From: Candidatus Xenobia bacterium
GTDB taxonomy: Bacteria; Vulcanimicrobiota; Xenobia; Xenobiales; QWHO01
DNA length: 64,000 nt
Assembly: GCA_045863235.1 (NCBI GenBank)
Contig: BTUM01000042.1
Span: 1 to 64,000 of the forward strand
Direction: 5' to 3'
Position numbers and translations under genes: made by a program. This document shows positions 1-9,631 of the stretch, piece by piece. The first letter of the stretch is position 1; every line of letters starts with the position of its first letter. Under the pieces are notes generated by a model, which did not search any database, was not told where the DNA came from, and worked only from the letters and a program-made list of their open reading frames with translations.

Positions 1-47
1 AAACTCCGGCCTCACACCCCCTGGGGTGGGGGTGGGACCCCCCCCAA

Positions 48-120
48 CCACAATATATTGTCGGCGGCCGAAATTCTTGCACAACTTTTTGGGCGTAGCG
101 CTCCGGAAAAACCGTGTCAA
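48..120 (-). promoter_or_regulatory. Leftward promoter with two tandem NrdR-like boxes
   Basis: CCACAATATATTGTCG (48-63) fits the NrdR box consensus acaCwAtATaTwGtgt. A weaker copy GCACAACTTTTTGGGC (79-94) starts 31 bp away. TTGACA on the minus strand at 120-115. Confidence 0.6.
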
Positions 121-188
121 GGGGGGTTTTCCGGCTGCGCTCCTCGAGGTCCAGCCGCAAACCTCCAGCCCAAGCTGGCAGCGTCTGG

Positions 189-2162
189 CTAGGGGATCTC
201 GACGCGGAGGATGCGGTCGCCTTCCTGCAACAGGTCCACGATCTCCATCCCGTCCACCACCTCGCCGAAGACCGTGTAGCGGCCGTCGAGATGGGGCTGA
301 GGGGAGTGGCAGATGAAGAACTGGCTTCCCCCCGTGTCCTTGCCCGCCAGGGCCATCCCCACCGTGCCGCGCCGATAGGGCACCGGGTTGATCTCGCAGC
401 GAATCGAGTAGCCTGGACCCCCCCAGCCGTCGCCCCGCGGACAACCACCCTGGGTGACGAAGTCGGGCACGACCCGGTGGAAGGTCAGCCCGTCGTAGTA
501 TCCTTTGCGGGCCAGCGTCACGAAGTTGCGCACCGTGCCGGGAGCCTCGTCGCCGAGCAGACGCAGGTGCACGGGGCCCCGCTGGGTGTGCAGGATGGCC
601 GAATCGGTCTCCTCGCTGATCGGGAGGCGTGACTCCACCGGCGTGGGGCCCGAGCCGGGCAAATCCTCGCCTGGGCTCTCCTTCTTCCCCAGCATGGCCA
701 GCGACTTGCGGGCCGCGCGGGCGAGATTGCGGTCAGGGCCGGCCGCCACTTCCTCCAGGAGGGGCAGGGCCTCCCGGTTGCCCAGCGGCCCCAGGGCCTC
801 CAGGATCGCCTGCTGGGTCTCGCTCTCGTCTATTTTCTCGAAGCGGGCGTACGCTTCCAGAAGGGGGGGAGCCCAACTGGGGTCTTTCCACTCGGCCACC
901 ACCCCCGCCGCCGTGGCGCTCAGGGCCGCGTCGTCCCGGGTCAGCACGGCCCGCACGCGCTCGCTGGCGGCCTCGCCGGGGAGCTTCTTGAGGCCTTCCA
1001 GGGCCGCTTCCGTCACCTGGGTCTGAGGGTCCGAGGCCAGGCGCAGCAATTCCTCGGCGCTGCCCGGCAAGAGCTGGGCCAGGGCCCTGGCGGCCCCGCG
1101 CCGCACGCGCCAGCGGGGGCTGCGGGCGGCGCGGGCCAGAGCCGCCCCACCCGACTCGCGGGCCACCAGCCCGAAGGCCTCGATGGCGGCCTCGGCCACG
1201 TCAGCCTCCGGGTCGTCCACCAGGCGGTTCAGCTCGGGCGCCAGGCTGAGGGCGGGAGGCCCCCCCTTGCCAACGGCCTGGGCGATTCCCCGGCGTACGC
1301 TCGGTTGGTCGTCGTTCAAGAGAGGCTTCAGCGCCTGCCAGGCCTGCAGCCGGGCCAGGCCCCGGCCGGCTCCCAGGCGCACGATCCAATCGCGCGAGGT
1401 GATAGCTCGCAGAAGCGCCGCTCGAGTCTCCGCGGTGGCGCAGGTGGAGAGAAAGCGGGCCGCGCTGCGAGCCACCTCGGGATCGGGGCTCTCGAGCAGC
1501 GAGGCGGCTCGTCCGGCGCTGAACTGGTCTTCCACGCGATACAGCGTGTAGAGCGCGGCCGTCTGGACGGCCAGGTCGGGATGGGCCAGCAGCTCGCGCA
1601 GACGGCCCACGATGGGCTCGGGCAGGGCCGGTAGCTCGGGCTCCCAGCGCTGGCGGCGCATGACGTAGCGTCCCGCAGCCAGGGCGGCCTCGGCCAGCAC
1701 CTCGCTCTCATCAGACTCCAGCCAGTCGTCCAGACGTGTCAGGGTCTGCTCGTCGCCGGCCTTGGCGGCGGCTTCGATGAGGCGCCGGCGAAGGGCCAGA
1801 TCGAGCTCGCCCTTGAGAGCTGCCAGAATCGCCTTCTCGCTGGCCCGGCCGGGCAACTGACCCAGCGCAAAGGCGGCCTCGAGCTGCACCTCGGCATAGT
1901 CGTCGCTGAGCAGGGCGGCCACGTCGGCCACGGCCGCGGGGTCTTGCAGCCGGCCGGCGGCCCGCAGGGCGCGGGCGCGTACCTCAGGGTCAGGATGCTT
2001 GAGGTAGGCCTGCAATTCACTGCCGTAGGGCTGCCGGCTGGCTTCCAGGGCGGCGATCCGTTCCTCGATCAGGGGCTCGGCCAGGGCCAGTCGGAAGGTC
2101 ATCAGCAGAATGAGGAGGATGGCGAGCACGGCGTTTCCATGTTGAACACCGAAGGGCAGCAC
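189..2162 (-). CDS. HEAT-repeat protein with C-terminal cyclophilin-type peptidyl-prolyl isomerase
   Basis: Signal-like N-terminus (true start may be slightly downstream), many HEAT repeats, cyclophilin motifs [35 protein letters not shown]. Confidence 0.9.
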   Translation of the reverse strand: MLPFGVQHGNAVLAILLILLMTFRLALAEPLIEERIAALEASRQPYGSELQAYLKHPDPEVRARALRAAGRLQDPAAVADVAALLSDDYAEVQLEAAFALGQLPGRASEKAILAALKGELDLALRRRLIEAAAKAGDEQTLTRLDDWLESDESEVLAEAALAAGRYVMRRQRWEPELPALPEPIVGRLRELLAHPDLAVQTAALYTLYRVEDQFSAGRAASLLESPDPEVARSAARFLSTCATAETRAALLRAITSRDWIVRLGAGRGLARLQAWQALKPLLNDDQPSVRRGIAQAVGKGGPPALSLAPELNRLVDDPEADVAEAAIEAFGLVARESGGAALARAARSPRWRVRRGAARALAQLLPGSAEELLRLASDPQTQVTEAALEGLKKLPGEAASERVRAVLTRDDAALSATAAGVVAEWKDPSWAPPLLEAYARFEKIDESETQQAILEALGPLGNREALPLLEEVAAGPDRNLARAARKSLAMLGKKESPGEDLPGSGPTPVESRLPISEETDSAILHTQRGPVHLRLLGDEAPGTVRNFVTLARKGYYDGLTFHRVVPDFVTQGGCPRGDGWGGPGYSIRCEINPVPYRRGTVGMALAGKDTGGSQFFICHSPQPHLDGRYTVFGEVVDGMEIVDLLQEGDRILRVEIP

Positions 2163-2165
2163 CCT

Positions 2166-2501
2166 TCAGGGCCTGGAGGTCAATCGTTCGCCCAGCCAGG
2201 CGCCCGCCATGGTGACCGGAAAAGCGCTCCAGACCGTAACCGGGCTACCCGCCAGCCACAATCCGCCCAGGGCCAGCAAAGCGCCCAGGGCCGGCTCGAG
2301 AATGCGCCGGCCGGGGCTGACCACGCCCACCACCAGGCCGGCCATGAAGCAGCCTGTCAGTCTCAGACCCTGCTCCATCAGCCAGCGATTGAGGCCGGTC
2401 CAGGATTGCAGCTCGAGGTAGTTGCCCACCAGAGCGCCCACCAGCAGCTGGTAGCCGAGCACGATCAGGGCGCTGACGGCGGTCCACCAGAGAAATCCCA
2501 T
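2166..2501 (-). CDS. Small multi-pass membrane protein
   Basis: 111-aa ORF with about 4 hydrophobic segments, immediately upstream of the PPIase. Confidence 0.6.
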   Translation of the reverse strand: MGFLWWTAVSALIVLGYQLLVGALVGNYLELQSWTGLNRWLMEQGLRLTGCFMAGLVVGVVSPGRRILEPALGALLALGGLWLAGSPVTVWSAFPVTMAGAWLGERLTSRP

Positions 2502-2587
2502 CCCTATCCCCTTCTCGCTCGATCGGAGGAGGCCTGTCCGACTTTCGTCGGTAGGAATGATTCCAACCGACAGGTAAACCCTCTGGG

Positions 2588-3184
2588 ATGCACCGGGCAG
2601 CTCTGCGGCAGGCGCTGGAAGACTACCGTGCGACCTGGGCCAGCGGCCGTCCCGTGAATGGGCATGACCTGGCCCGCGAGCGCATGGCCGCCGCGCGCTT
2701 CTTGGAGTTTCTCGAGAGCACTCCCGACTGTTTCGAGCGCTCGCATCCGGTGGGTCATCTCACCGGCTCGGCCCTGGTTTACTGTCCGGCTACCCGACGC
2801 GTGCTGCTCACGCTGCACCGCAAGCTGGACAAGTGGCTGCAACTCGGGGGCCACGCCGATGGCTGCCCGCGGCTCGATCAGGTGGCCCTGCAAGAGGTCG
2901 GCGAGGAGTCGGGCCTGAGTGAGTTCGGTTTCTGGGACTATGAAGCGGACCTGGCCGTGGCTACCCGTCCCCTGCCTTTCGACCTGGACGTGCACCTCAT
3001 TCCCGGCGAGCTTCCCCACCTGCACTACGACGTTCGCTACCTGGTGCGCGCGGATTCCGCTCAGCCCCTGAAAGTCTCGCCCGAGTCCAAGGACCTGGGC
3101 TGGTTCAGCTTCGAGCAGGCCCGAAAGCTCTGTCCCGAGGAGAGCATGCAACGCCAGTTCGCCAAACTCGAGGCCCTGGCATGA
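2588..3184 (+). CDS. NUDIX hydrolase
   Basis: GHLTGSA...HRKLDKWLQLGGHADG...ALQEVGEESGL Nudix box; HLHYDVRY. Confidence 0.9.
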   Translation: MHRAALRQALEDYRATWASGRPVNGHDLARERMAAARFLEFLESTPDCFERSHPVGHLTGSALVYCPATRRVLLTLHRKLDKWLQLGGHADGCPRLDQVALQEVGEESGLSEFGFWDYEADLAVATRPLPFDLDVHLIPGELPHLHYDVRYLVRADSAQPLKVSPESKDLGWFSFEQARKLCPEESMQRQFAKLEALA

Positions 3185-4650
3185 GCAAGCGCCCTCACTG
3201 GGCCACGGAGATTCTGGGCGCGGATCTGCGCTCGCTGGCGGTTCTGCGCATCTGGCTGGGCTTCATGCTCTTCTGGGACCTGGTCTTGCGCTCGCGCGAT
3301 CTGGTTGCCTTCTATACCGACTACGGGGTCTTGCCTCGCCAGGCCCTGCTCGACCTTGGTTGGAACCCGGCCTACGTCAGCATCCACATGATGAGCGGAC
3401 ACTGGTTCGTCATGCTGTTGCTCTTCGTCCTGGGGGCGGTGGCCTCGCTGGCCATGATGGTGGGCTGGCAGACGCGCTGGAGCACCCTGGTGGCGTGGTT
3501 TTTCCTGATCTCCCTGCAAAATCGCAACCCGCTGGTGCTCAACGGTGGGGACATCCTGATCCGGGTGATCCTGTTCTGGGGCCTCTTCCTGCCCTGGGGA
3601 GCGCGCTGGTCGCTGGACGCGCGAGCCAACCCCCAGTGGAGGGAGCTGCCCAATCATCTCTACTCGGCCGCCACTGTGGCCTACCTGGCCCAGATCTGCG
3701 TGGTCTACCTGTTTGCTGCCATCCTCAAGACCGGCCCTCACTGGCACCAGGATGGCACGGCGGTCTATTACGCGCTCAGCCTGGATCAGTTCACCAGCTG
3801 GGTGGGGCGATTTGTGTATCAGTTCCCGGAATTGTGCAAGCTCCTCACCCACGCCACCTGGTGGTTCGAGGCCCTGGCGCCGCTCATGCTGGTCTTCCCT
3901 TTCTGGAACGGGCCCATCCGCACGCTGGGAGTGTTTGGGATATCGATGATGCATTTTGGCTTCGGGGCCTGCATGCACATTGGAGTCTTCAGTCCCATCG
4001 GCATGGGGATGGTCCTGGGCCTTCTGCCGGCCTGGTTCTGGGAACGGCTGGGCGAGCGCCGCTGGTTCGACCTGCAGGGTCTGGCCGACCGGCTGCCACC
4101 CTCCCCTCTGCGCAGCGAGCTCCCTCCGAACTACCGGTTAGGCCTGGTGGTGAGCGCGCTCGTGACCCTGCTGACCTTCTACATGATCTTGTGGAACATC
4201 GGCACCACGAGGGGAAAATACCGCGTTCCCGCAAGGCTCGAGTGGCTCGGGATCGCCGTCAAGCTCGACCAGATGTGGAACATGTTTGCCCCCTACCCAC
4301 TGATCGAGGACGGCTGGTACGTGGTGGACGCCAATCTGCGCAACGGCACCAAGGTGGACCTGTTGACCGGCCGCCCGGTCACCTTCGAGAAGCCCGAATG
4401 GGTCTCGGCCACCTACAAGAACGAGCGCTGGCGCAAGTATATGATGAACCTCTGGATGCGCGACTACTCGGCCTATCGACTCTATTTCGGACGTTTCTTG
4501 TGTCGCAGTTGGAACGACAAGCACCCGGACACCGAGGATGTGACCACCTTCGAGCTGAGCTACATGCTCGAGAAGACTCTCCCCGACTACCAGAAGCCGG
4601 AGGTCGAGAAGGTGGTCATCTGGTCCCACGACTGCTTCAAGAGAGACTGA
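3181..4650 (+). CDS. HTTM-domain membrane protein
   Basis: DLRSLAVLRI, GVLPR, RNPLVLNGGD, W..GTAVYYAL, Q.WNMFAP motifs; ATGA overlap with the NUDIX gene. Confidence 0.85.
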   Translation: MSKRPHWATEILGADLRSLAVLRIWLGFMLFWDLVLRSRDLVAFYTDYGVLPRQALLDLGWNPAYVSIHMMSGHWFVMLLLFVLGAVASLAMMVGWQTRWSTLVAWFFLISLQNRNPLVLNGGDILIRVILFWGLFLPWGARWSLDARANPQWRELPNHLYSAATVAYLAQICVVYLFAAILKTGPHWHQDGTAVYYALSLDQFTSWVGRFVYQFPELCKLLTHATWWFEALAPLMLVFPFWNGPIRTLGVFGISMMHFGFGACMHIGVFSPIGMGMVLGLLPAWFWERLGERRWFDLQGLADRLPPSPLRSELPPNYRLGLVVSALVTLLTFYMILWNIGTTRGKYRVPARLEWLGIAVKLDQMWNMFAPYPLIEDGWYVVDANLRNGTKVDLLTGRPVTFEKPEWVSATYKNERWRKYMMNLWMRDYSAYRLYFGRFLCRSWNDKHPDTEDVTTFELSYMLEKTLPDYQKPEVEKVVIWSHDCFKRD

Positions 4651-4978
4651 ACGAGCGCAACTCCTGACAGAGGGCCTCGAGCTCGCTCTCGAGCTCGGGC
4701 AAAATGGCCGCAACCACGGCCGCGTCCCGGGCCCGGCCGGCCTGCTCCAGGCGGGCAGCCAGCTCAGAGCCCTGGCTGGCTGAGAGGGTCAAGAGCGAGC
4801 CCTTCAGGCTGTGGGCGGCCCCGGCCACCCGGTCCAGGGCCGTGTCCTGACAGGCAGCCCGCAGCTGAGACAGCTGCTCGGGCAGCGTCTGAAGAAAGAT
4901 CTCCACCATCTCGCCGAGCAGCTCTCGGTCCTGCTCGATGTTCTCGAGCACCTCATCAGGTTGAAAGTGCGTGGCCAC
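4637..4978 (-). CDS. Hpt (histidine phosphotransfer) protein
   Basis: AHSLKGS motif in a helical domain; GTG start at 4978 chosen to avoid overlap with the divergent gene. Confidence 0.85.
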   Translation of the reverse strand: MATHFQPDEVLENIEQDRELLGEMVEIFLQTLPEQLSQLRAACQDTALDRVAGAAHSLKGSLLTLSASQGSELAARLEQAGRARDAAVVAAILPELESELEALCQELRSFSLS

Positions 4979-5036
4979 AACATGCGCCTTCGCCAGCGAG
5001 GGAGGGACGCTCCTGGTTGGGTGAGAAACCCGACTT

Positions 5037-8000
5037 GTGGTCCCCCAGGAAGTCGAGGCGGCGACAAATCCGCTGGCCTCCTCCGTGGTCGAGTTCTGCA
5101 ACCAGAATCCACGAGGCTACATCCTGCTCGAAGGCGACCGTGGGGTCGGCAAGTCCTTGCTGCTCGACGGGCTGAATGCTTTCATCCGCGAGCTCGACCT
5201 GGTTCTGCTGCGCTGTCCGGCCAGAGCGTTTGCGGCCCTGGACTGCCACACCCAGGTCGAGCACCTGAACGAATGGCTGCGCTCTCGAGTGCCGGATGAA
5301 TTTCAGGTGCTTGAGCTCTCGGTTCTTCGCGACCTGAGCTGGCGTCATCCGGGGCCGGCCGAGCGGCTGATCGCCTATCTGGGAGCTCTCTCCCTGCTCA
5401 ACCAGGTCGGTTTGATCTTGTGCCTCGAGAACCTGGACGAGCTGAGCGAGGTGCAAGCCCGGACCTGGACACTGGGGGGCGAGCTCCCTCACGGGGTCTA
5501 CCAGCTTCTGAGCTATGCCCGGAGCCAGCTAGCCCAGCCTCTGGTGGGCCAGCTGGAGGCCCTGGCCCGGGAGGGTCTGCGCCTGCAGCTTCAATCCGGC
5601 AGCCCGGCCCTGGAGACTTACTGCCAGCACTGGCTGAGCCGCCACTGCCCCGAGTCGTTGCACTCTCCGCTGACCAGGCGAGCCGGTGGGCAACCCGGGG
5701 CCCTGGTCTATCTCGCGGCCGCCGCCGAGTTCTTTGGCGGGGTGGAGCAGTTGCCCGCCTGCGATCAGGCCCGCGAGGACTGGTTTTTCGCTCCCTACCT
5801 GAATCGCATCTCCGAGCTGCACCGCCCGCTCCACCTGCTGGCGGCGTGCCATCATCCGATCGAGTTGGCCGAGTTGAGCCTGCTTGAGGTGGACCGGGCC
5901 AGCGTAGACCGTCTGATCGCCAGCTGTCCGCCGCTCTATTCTGCGGAGGACGCGGCAGTGACCCTGGCAGACGAGGGCTTCCGCCAGTTCCTGCGTCGCC
6001 AGCCGTCCTACCCCTCGGCCTGCCGCGAGCTTTGTGAGCACCTGGTCCGCCAGCTGGCCGATCGGGCCGGCGACGCCACCGTGTCCGACTTTGTTCGACT
6101 CTATAGCACGGCGCTGGACAGCAAAGAGCGCGCCCTGCTCGACCAGGTGGCCCGCCTCAGACCCCTGAACGACAAGCGTCTGGCTCTCTTTGCCAGGCTC
6201 GAGCTGCAGGGGCGCTTTCATCAGAAGGTGGAGGTGCTCTGCTGGTGGCGCGCCTGCCTGGCCCGTGCGGCCGAGCAGGGCGACATCTCGGTGCGCGACG
6301 AGCTGGCCTGGGCCCACAGCAGTCGGGGGTTGACCTACCTTTCCCTCGGTCTGGCCGAGCGCGGCTTGCAGGACATCGATGAGGCGGTGCGCTGGTTCGA
6401 GCTGCTGGTCCAGCGAGAAGGCCAGAGCCACCTGGCCAATGGCCTGGCAGGGGCCTTGAATCGCCGCAGTGAGGCTTTGCGCCAGCTCAGTCGCGCGGCC
6501 GAGGCCATGGAGGAAGCCAATCGAGCCATTGACCTTTATGCTCGGGTCAGCGACCGGGATGTGGGCGCGGTGCTGGCGCTGGCCCATCAGAACCGCGCCC
6601 TCATCCATCGCTCTCAGGGTATGCTGGCAGAGGCTGAGAAGGACATTGCCAGGGCCACCGAGCTCTTCACTCCCAGGGCCCACCTTCCCCGTTTGCGCCG
6701 CGAGCTGGCCACGGCCTGGCATACGCGGGCCAGCTTGCAGCTCGCCCGCCAGGACTGCCAGGCGGCGGTGGAGAGCTCGACCCGGGGCATCACGCTGCTG
6801 CTCGAGCTGGTTCACGAGCACCAGATGGAGGTCGTCAACGAGCTGGCGGGCGCTTATAACAACCGGGGGGCGGCCCACTACCGCCTGAGCCAGTTCGAGG
6901 ACGCGATGGTGGACTACACCGAGTCCATCAAGCTGCGCAGCGAGCTGGTCTCGCGCGGCCGGCTCGAGTTGCGCAACGACCTGGCCTCCACCTGCGTCAA
7001 TCGGGCCCTGGTCAGTCAAGCAATCATGAAGCTGACCGACGCCCTGGCCGACTTCGAGCGGGCCATCTCGATTCGCACCCAGCTCGTGGAGGGCGAGAAT
7101 CGCCTCGACCTGGCCGGGGAGCTGGCTCAGACCCACATCTATCGAGGTCAGGCTCTCCGCTCGCAGAACCGCATGCTGGAGGCTCAGGAGGACTACCAGA
7201 GAGCCATCGACGTCTATACTTCGCAGTCGGGAGAGCCCCGCTCGCGCGAGCTCTCCCAGGCCTACAGCGGGCTGGCCCTGGTGCAGCTTGACCAGGAACA
7301 GTTCGAGCAGGCCCTCGAGAGCTGCAATCGGGCCCTGGAGATGCTGGCCGATCCGAAAGTGTTTGCTGACCGGGCGGTGGCTCTGAACAACCGGGGGGAA
7401 GCCTATCGCCACCTCAAGCAATACGGCGAGGCCAGGCGCGACTTCGAAGAAGCCCTGGGCATCTACCATGAGATGGTGCAGAGCGCGCCTCAGCAGCCGA
7501 TGCGTGAGCTGGCCATCACCCGTCAGAATCTGGCCCGGGTCAAACTGGCTCAGGGCGAGCTGGCGGGAGCGGTAGAGGACAGCACCCGAGCGCTCGAGAT
7601 CGTGCTGATCTTGCTGGAAGAGCAGGGGCGGGCCGAGGTGCTTCCCCACCTCGTGGCAGGTTACAACACCCGCGGCATGGCCAGGATCCGGCTGGAGCAG
7701 CTCGAGCTCGGCCTGAAAGACCTGGGCCGGGCCATCGACCTCTACAAGTTCCTCATCGAGGACCGCGAGCAGTCCATCTTTCTCGACGATCTGGGCGAGG
7801 TCTATCACGAGCGCGGTCAGGCTCTGCTGAAACTGGGTCGCTCCTCCTACGACTCCCCCGACCGTCTCTACTTTCCCAAGCAGGCTCTGGATGACTACAA
7901 CCGCGCCCTGCAATGCTTCGAGATGGCTCCCGCCAGCGAGGAGGTGCGGGCTGCCTCGGCCCGCACCCGGGTGGCCCGCAGCCGGCTGCAGGAGGATCTG

Positions 8001-9428
8001 GGCGACTTCTCGGCCGCCTTGCTGGATGCCAGCCAGGCCATCGACTACTACCAGGGTCGCGGGCCCTCGCAGATGTCTGAGTTTCTGGGCGCGCTCACGC
8101 GTCGGGCCGAGATCTATCTGCGAGCCGGCCAGTATGAGCTGGCTCTGCACGATTACCTGCGCATCTGCGATGCATGCCGCGACAGTCACGACCTGCGCTG
8201 CGAACTGGCCGAGGCTACCAATAACGTGGCCTGGACGCGAACCTGCCTGGGTCAGTACCAGGAGGCCTTCGAGGACTACAAGAAGGCTCTGGCTCTCTAC
8301 CGGCAGCTGGTGCTGCAGGAGAAGCGGCTGGACGTAGGCCGGAACCTGGCCTGGACCTACAACAACCGGGCCGCCACCCACAACATCGCGGGCAATCCGA
8401 AAGCGGCTCTGGAAGACTACTCTCACGCAGTGGACATCTACACGTTCCTGGTCGAGGAGGGTGGCCAGCCCGAGCTGCGCGCGCGGCTGGCCACGACCCT
8501 CAACAATCGGGGTCTGCTCTACCAGGGAATGGCGGTCATGGACCAGGCCGTGCGCGACTTCACCCGGGCTCTGGACGTTCGAGCCGCGGCCGCCCGCACC
8601 CAGCCGAGCCCCGAGATGCTGGTCGAGCTGGCCAGCGCCTACTCCACCCGGGGCCTGACCTATCACAAGGACGGCAAGACCGCTTATGCCCTGGCCGACT
8701 ATCGGGCCGCAGCCGAGATTCTGACGGACCTGGTCGAGAAGCATCGCCGCCTCGATCTGGGCAATGAGCTGGCTCGCTGCCTGCTGGCGCAGGGTGTCCT
8801 GGGACCTGATCCCACCCAGGATCCCGAGGCGCGCAAAGCGCTCTCGAAAGCCATCCAGGTGGTGACCAGCACGCTCAAGGCGGGCTTCACGGTCACCACC
8901 AGCTTCCCGCTCCACTTCGTGAAGGTGGTCTCCAAGATCGCCGAGACCGAGGCCTACCTGCTCGGGGGCCTGCCCGAAGGCGTGCTCAACTTGAGCGAGG
9001 CCTTGCTCCAGAGCAAAGTGCCTTCGGCCGACCCGCTGGCCTACGGCGAGCTGCTGCTGGGCCTTTCGAGCCGACTTGCGGCCGACAAGAGCTCCAAGAG
9101 CCGGATTCCTCTGGCCATCCTGGCCGCCTGCTTCCTGCGGCTGGGAGTGGAGAAGAGTCAGCAGGGCTCACTGGCCAAACTGATCCACGCCCTCCTGGAG
9201 CTGGGGCAGGGGCTGGCCTCGGGGGCAGCCCTGCCGGAGCTGGGGCTGGGTCGCGTGGGGGCATGTTTTGGCGCGGTGGGCGAGGCCCTCAAGACCACCT
9301 TGCTTTCGGCCGATGCCCGCCGAGAGCTCGAGCAGGTCTCTCGCTCCTGGCAAGAGCTGCCCCCCTCGTTGCTGGCACAAACCGAGGTGTCGCGCACGAC
9401 ACTGCAGGGGCTGGTCCAGTCGATTTGA
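5037..9428 (+). CDS. Large P-loop NTPase + TPR-repeat protein (STAND-like)
   Basis: Walker A GDRGVGKS, Walker B-like ILCLENLDE, long array of LA.AYNNRG...A..DY..A TPRs. Confidence 0.8.
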   Translation: MVPQEVEAATNPLASSVVEFCNQNPRGYILLEGDRGVGKSLLLDGLNAFIRELDLVLLRCPARAFAALDCHTQVEHLNEWLRSRVPDEFQVLELSVLRDLSWRHPGPAERLIAYLGALSLLNQVGLILCLENLDELSEVQARTWTLGGELPHGVYQLLSYARSQLAQPLVGQLEALAREGLRLQLQSGSPALETYCQHWLSRHCPESLHSPLTRRAGGQPGALVYLAAAAEFFGGVEQLPACDQAREDWFFAPYLNRISELHRPLHLLAACHHPIELAELSLLEVDRASVDRLIASCPPLYSAEDAAVTLADEGFRQFLRRQPSYPSACRELCEHLVRQLADRAGDATVSDFVRLYSTALDSKERALLDQVARLRPLNDKRLALFARLELQGRFHQKVEVLCWWRACLARAAEQGDISVRDELAWAHSSRGLTYLSLGLAERGLQDIDEAVRWFELLVQREGQSHLANGLAGALNRRSEALRQLSRAAEAMEEANRAIDLYARVSDRDVGAVLALAHQNRALIHRSQGMLAEAEKDIARATELFTPRAHLPRLRRELATAWHTRASLQLARQDCQAAVESSTRGITLLLELVHEHQMEVVNELAGAYNNRGAAHYRLSQFEDAMVDYTESIKLRSELVSRGRLELRNDLASTCVNRALVSQAIMKLTDALADFERAISIRTQLVEGENRLDLAGELAQTHIYRGQALRSQNRMLEAQEDYQRAIDVYTSQSGEPRSRELSQAYSGLALVQLDQEQFEQALESCNRALEMLADPKVFADRAVALNNRGEAYRHLKQYGEARRDFEEALGIYHEMVQSAPQQPMRELAITRQNLARVKLAQGELAGAVEDSTRALEIVLILLEEQGRAEVLPHLVAGYNTRGMARIRLEQLELGLKDLGRAIDLYKFLIEDREQSIFLDDLGEVYHERGQALLKLGRSSYDSPDRLYFPKQALDDYNRALQCFEMAPASEEVRAASARTRVARSRLQEDLGDFSAALLDASQAIDYYQGRGPSQMSEFLGALTRRAEIYLRAGQYELALHDYLRICDACRDSHDLRCELAEATNNVAWTRTCLGQYQEAFEDYKKALALYRQLVLQEKRLDVGRNLAWTYNNRAATHNIAGNPKAALEDYSHAVDIYTFLVEEGGQPELRARLATTLNNRGLLYQGMAVMDQAVRDFTRALDVRAAAARTQPSPEMLVELASAYSTRGLTYHKDGKTAYALADYRAAAEILTDLVEKHRRLDLGNELARCLLAQGVLGPDPTQDPEARKALSKAIQVVTSTLKAGFTVTTSFPLHFVKVVSKIAETEAYLLGGLPEGVLNLSEALLQSKVPSADPLAYGELLLGLSSRLAADKSSKSRIPLAILAACFLRLGVEKSQQGSLAKLIHALLELGQGLASGAALPELGLGRVGACFGAVGEALKTTLLSADARRELEQVSRSWQELPPSLLAQTEVSRTTLQGLVQSI

Positions 9429-9459
9429 ACGAACCTTCCGGGCTTGAAGGTCCTTCGCC

Positions 9460-9601
9460 CTGCTTACCGGGCTGGGAGCGTTACCGAGCCGGAAACGTTA
9501 CCGGGCTGAGCAGGCGGTATACCGCCCGGTGGGAACGGTAACGCCGGCAGCGCGGTAAATTCGTCTGCTTACCGGGCTGAGCCGGTGGGGTAACGCCGGC
9601 A
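9460..9601. repeat. Intergenic cluster of short direct/inverted repeats (REP-like)
   Basis: TTACCGGGCTG x3 plus variant TTACCGAGCCG, GGTAACGCCGGCA x2, and perfect palindrome GGCGGTATACCGCC (9513-9526) between convergent genes. Confidence 0.7.
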
Positions 9602-9631
9602 CAAGTCTGTCGGCGCAGACTCCAGCAAGCT

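Noticed and set aside
5529..8915. 1128-aa minus-strand ORF and similar long antisense ORFs (e.g. 13865-15589, 22331-24271, 48539-50335, 59404-61857)
   Set aside because: Shadow frames of genuine high-GC genes with no recognisable motifs
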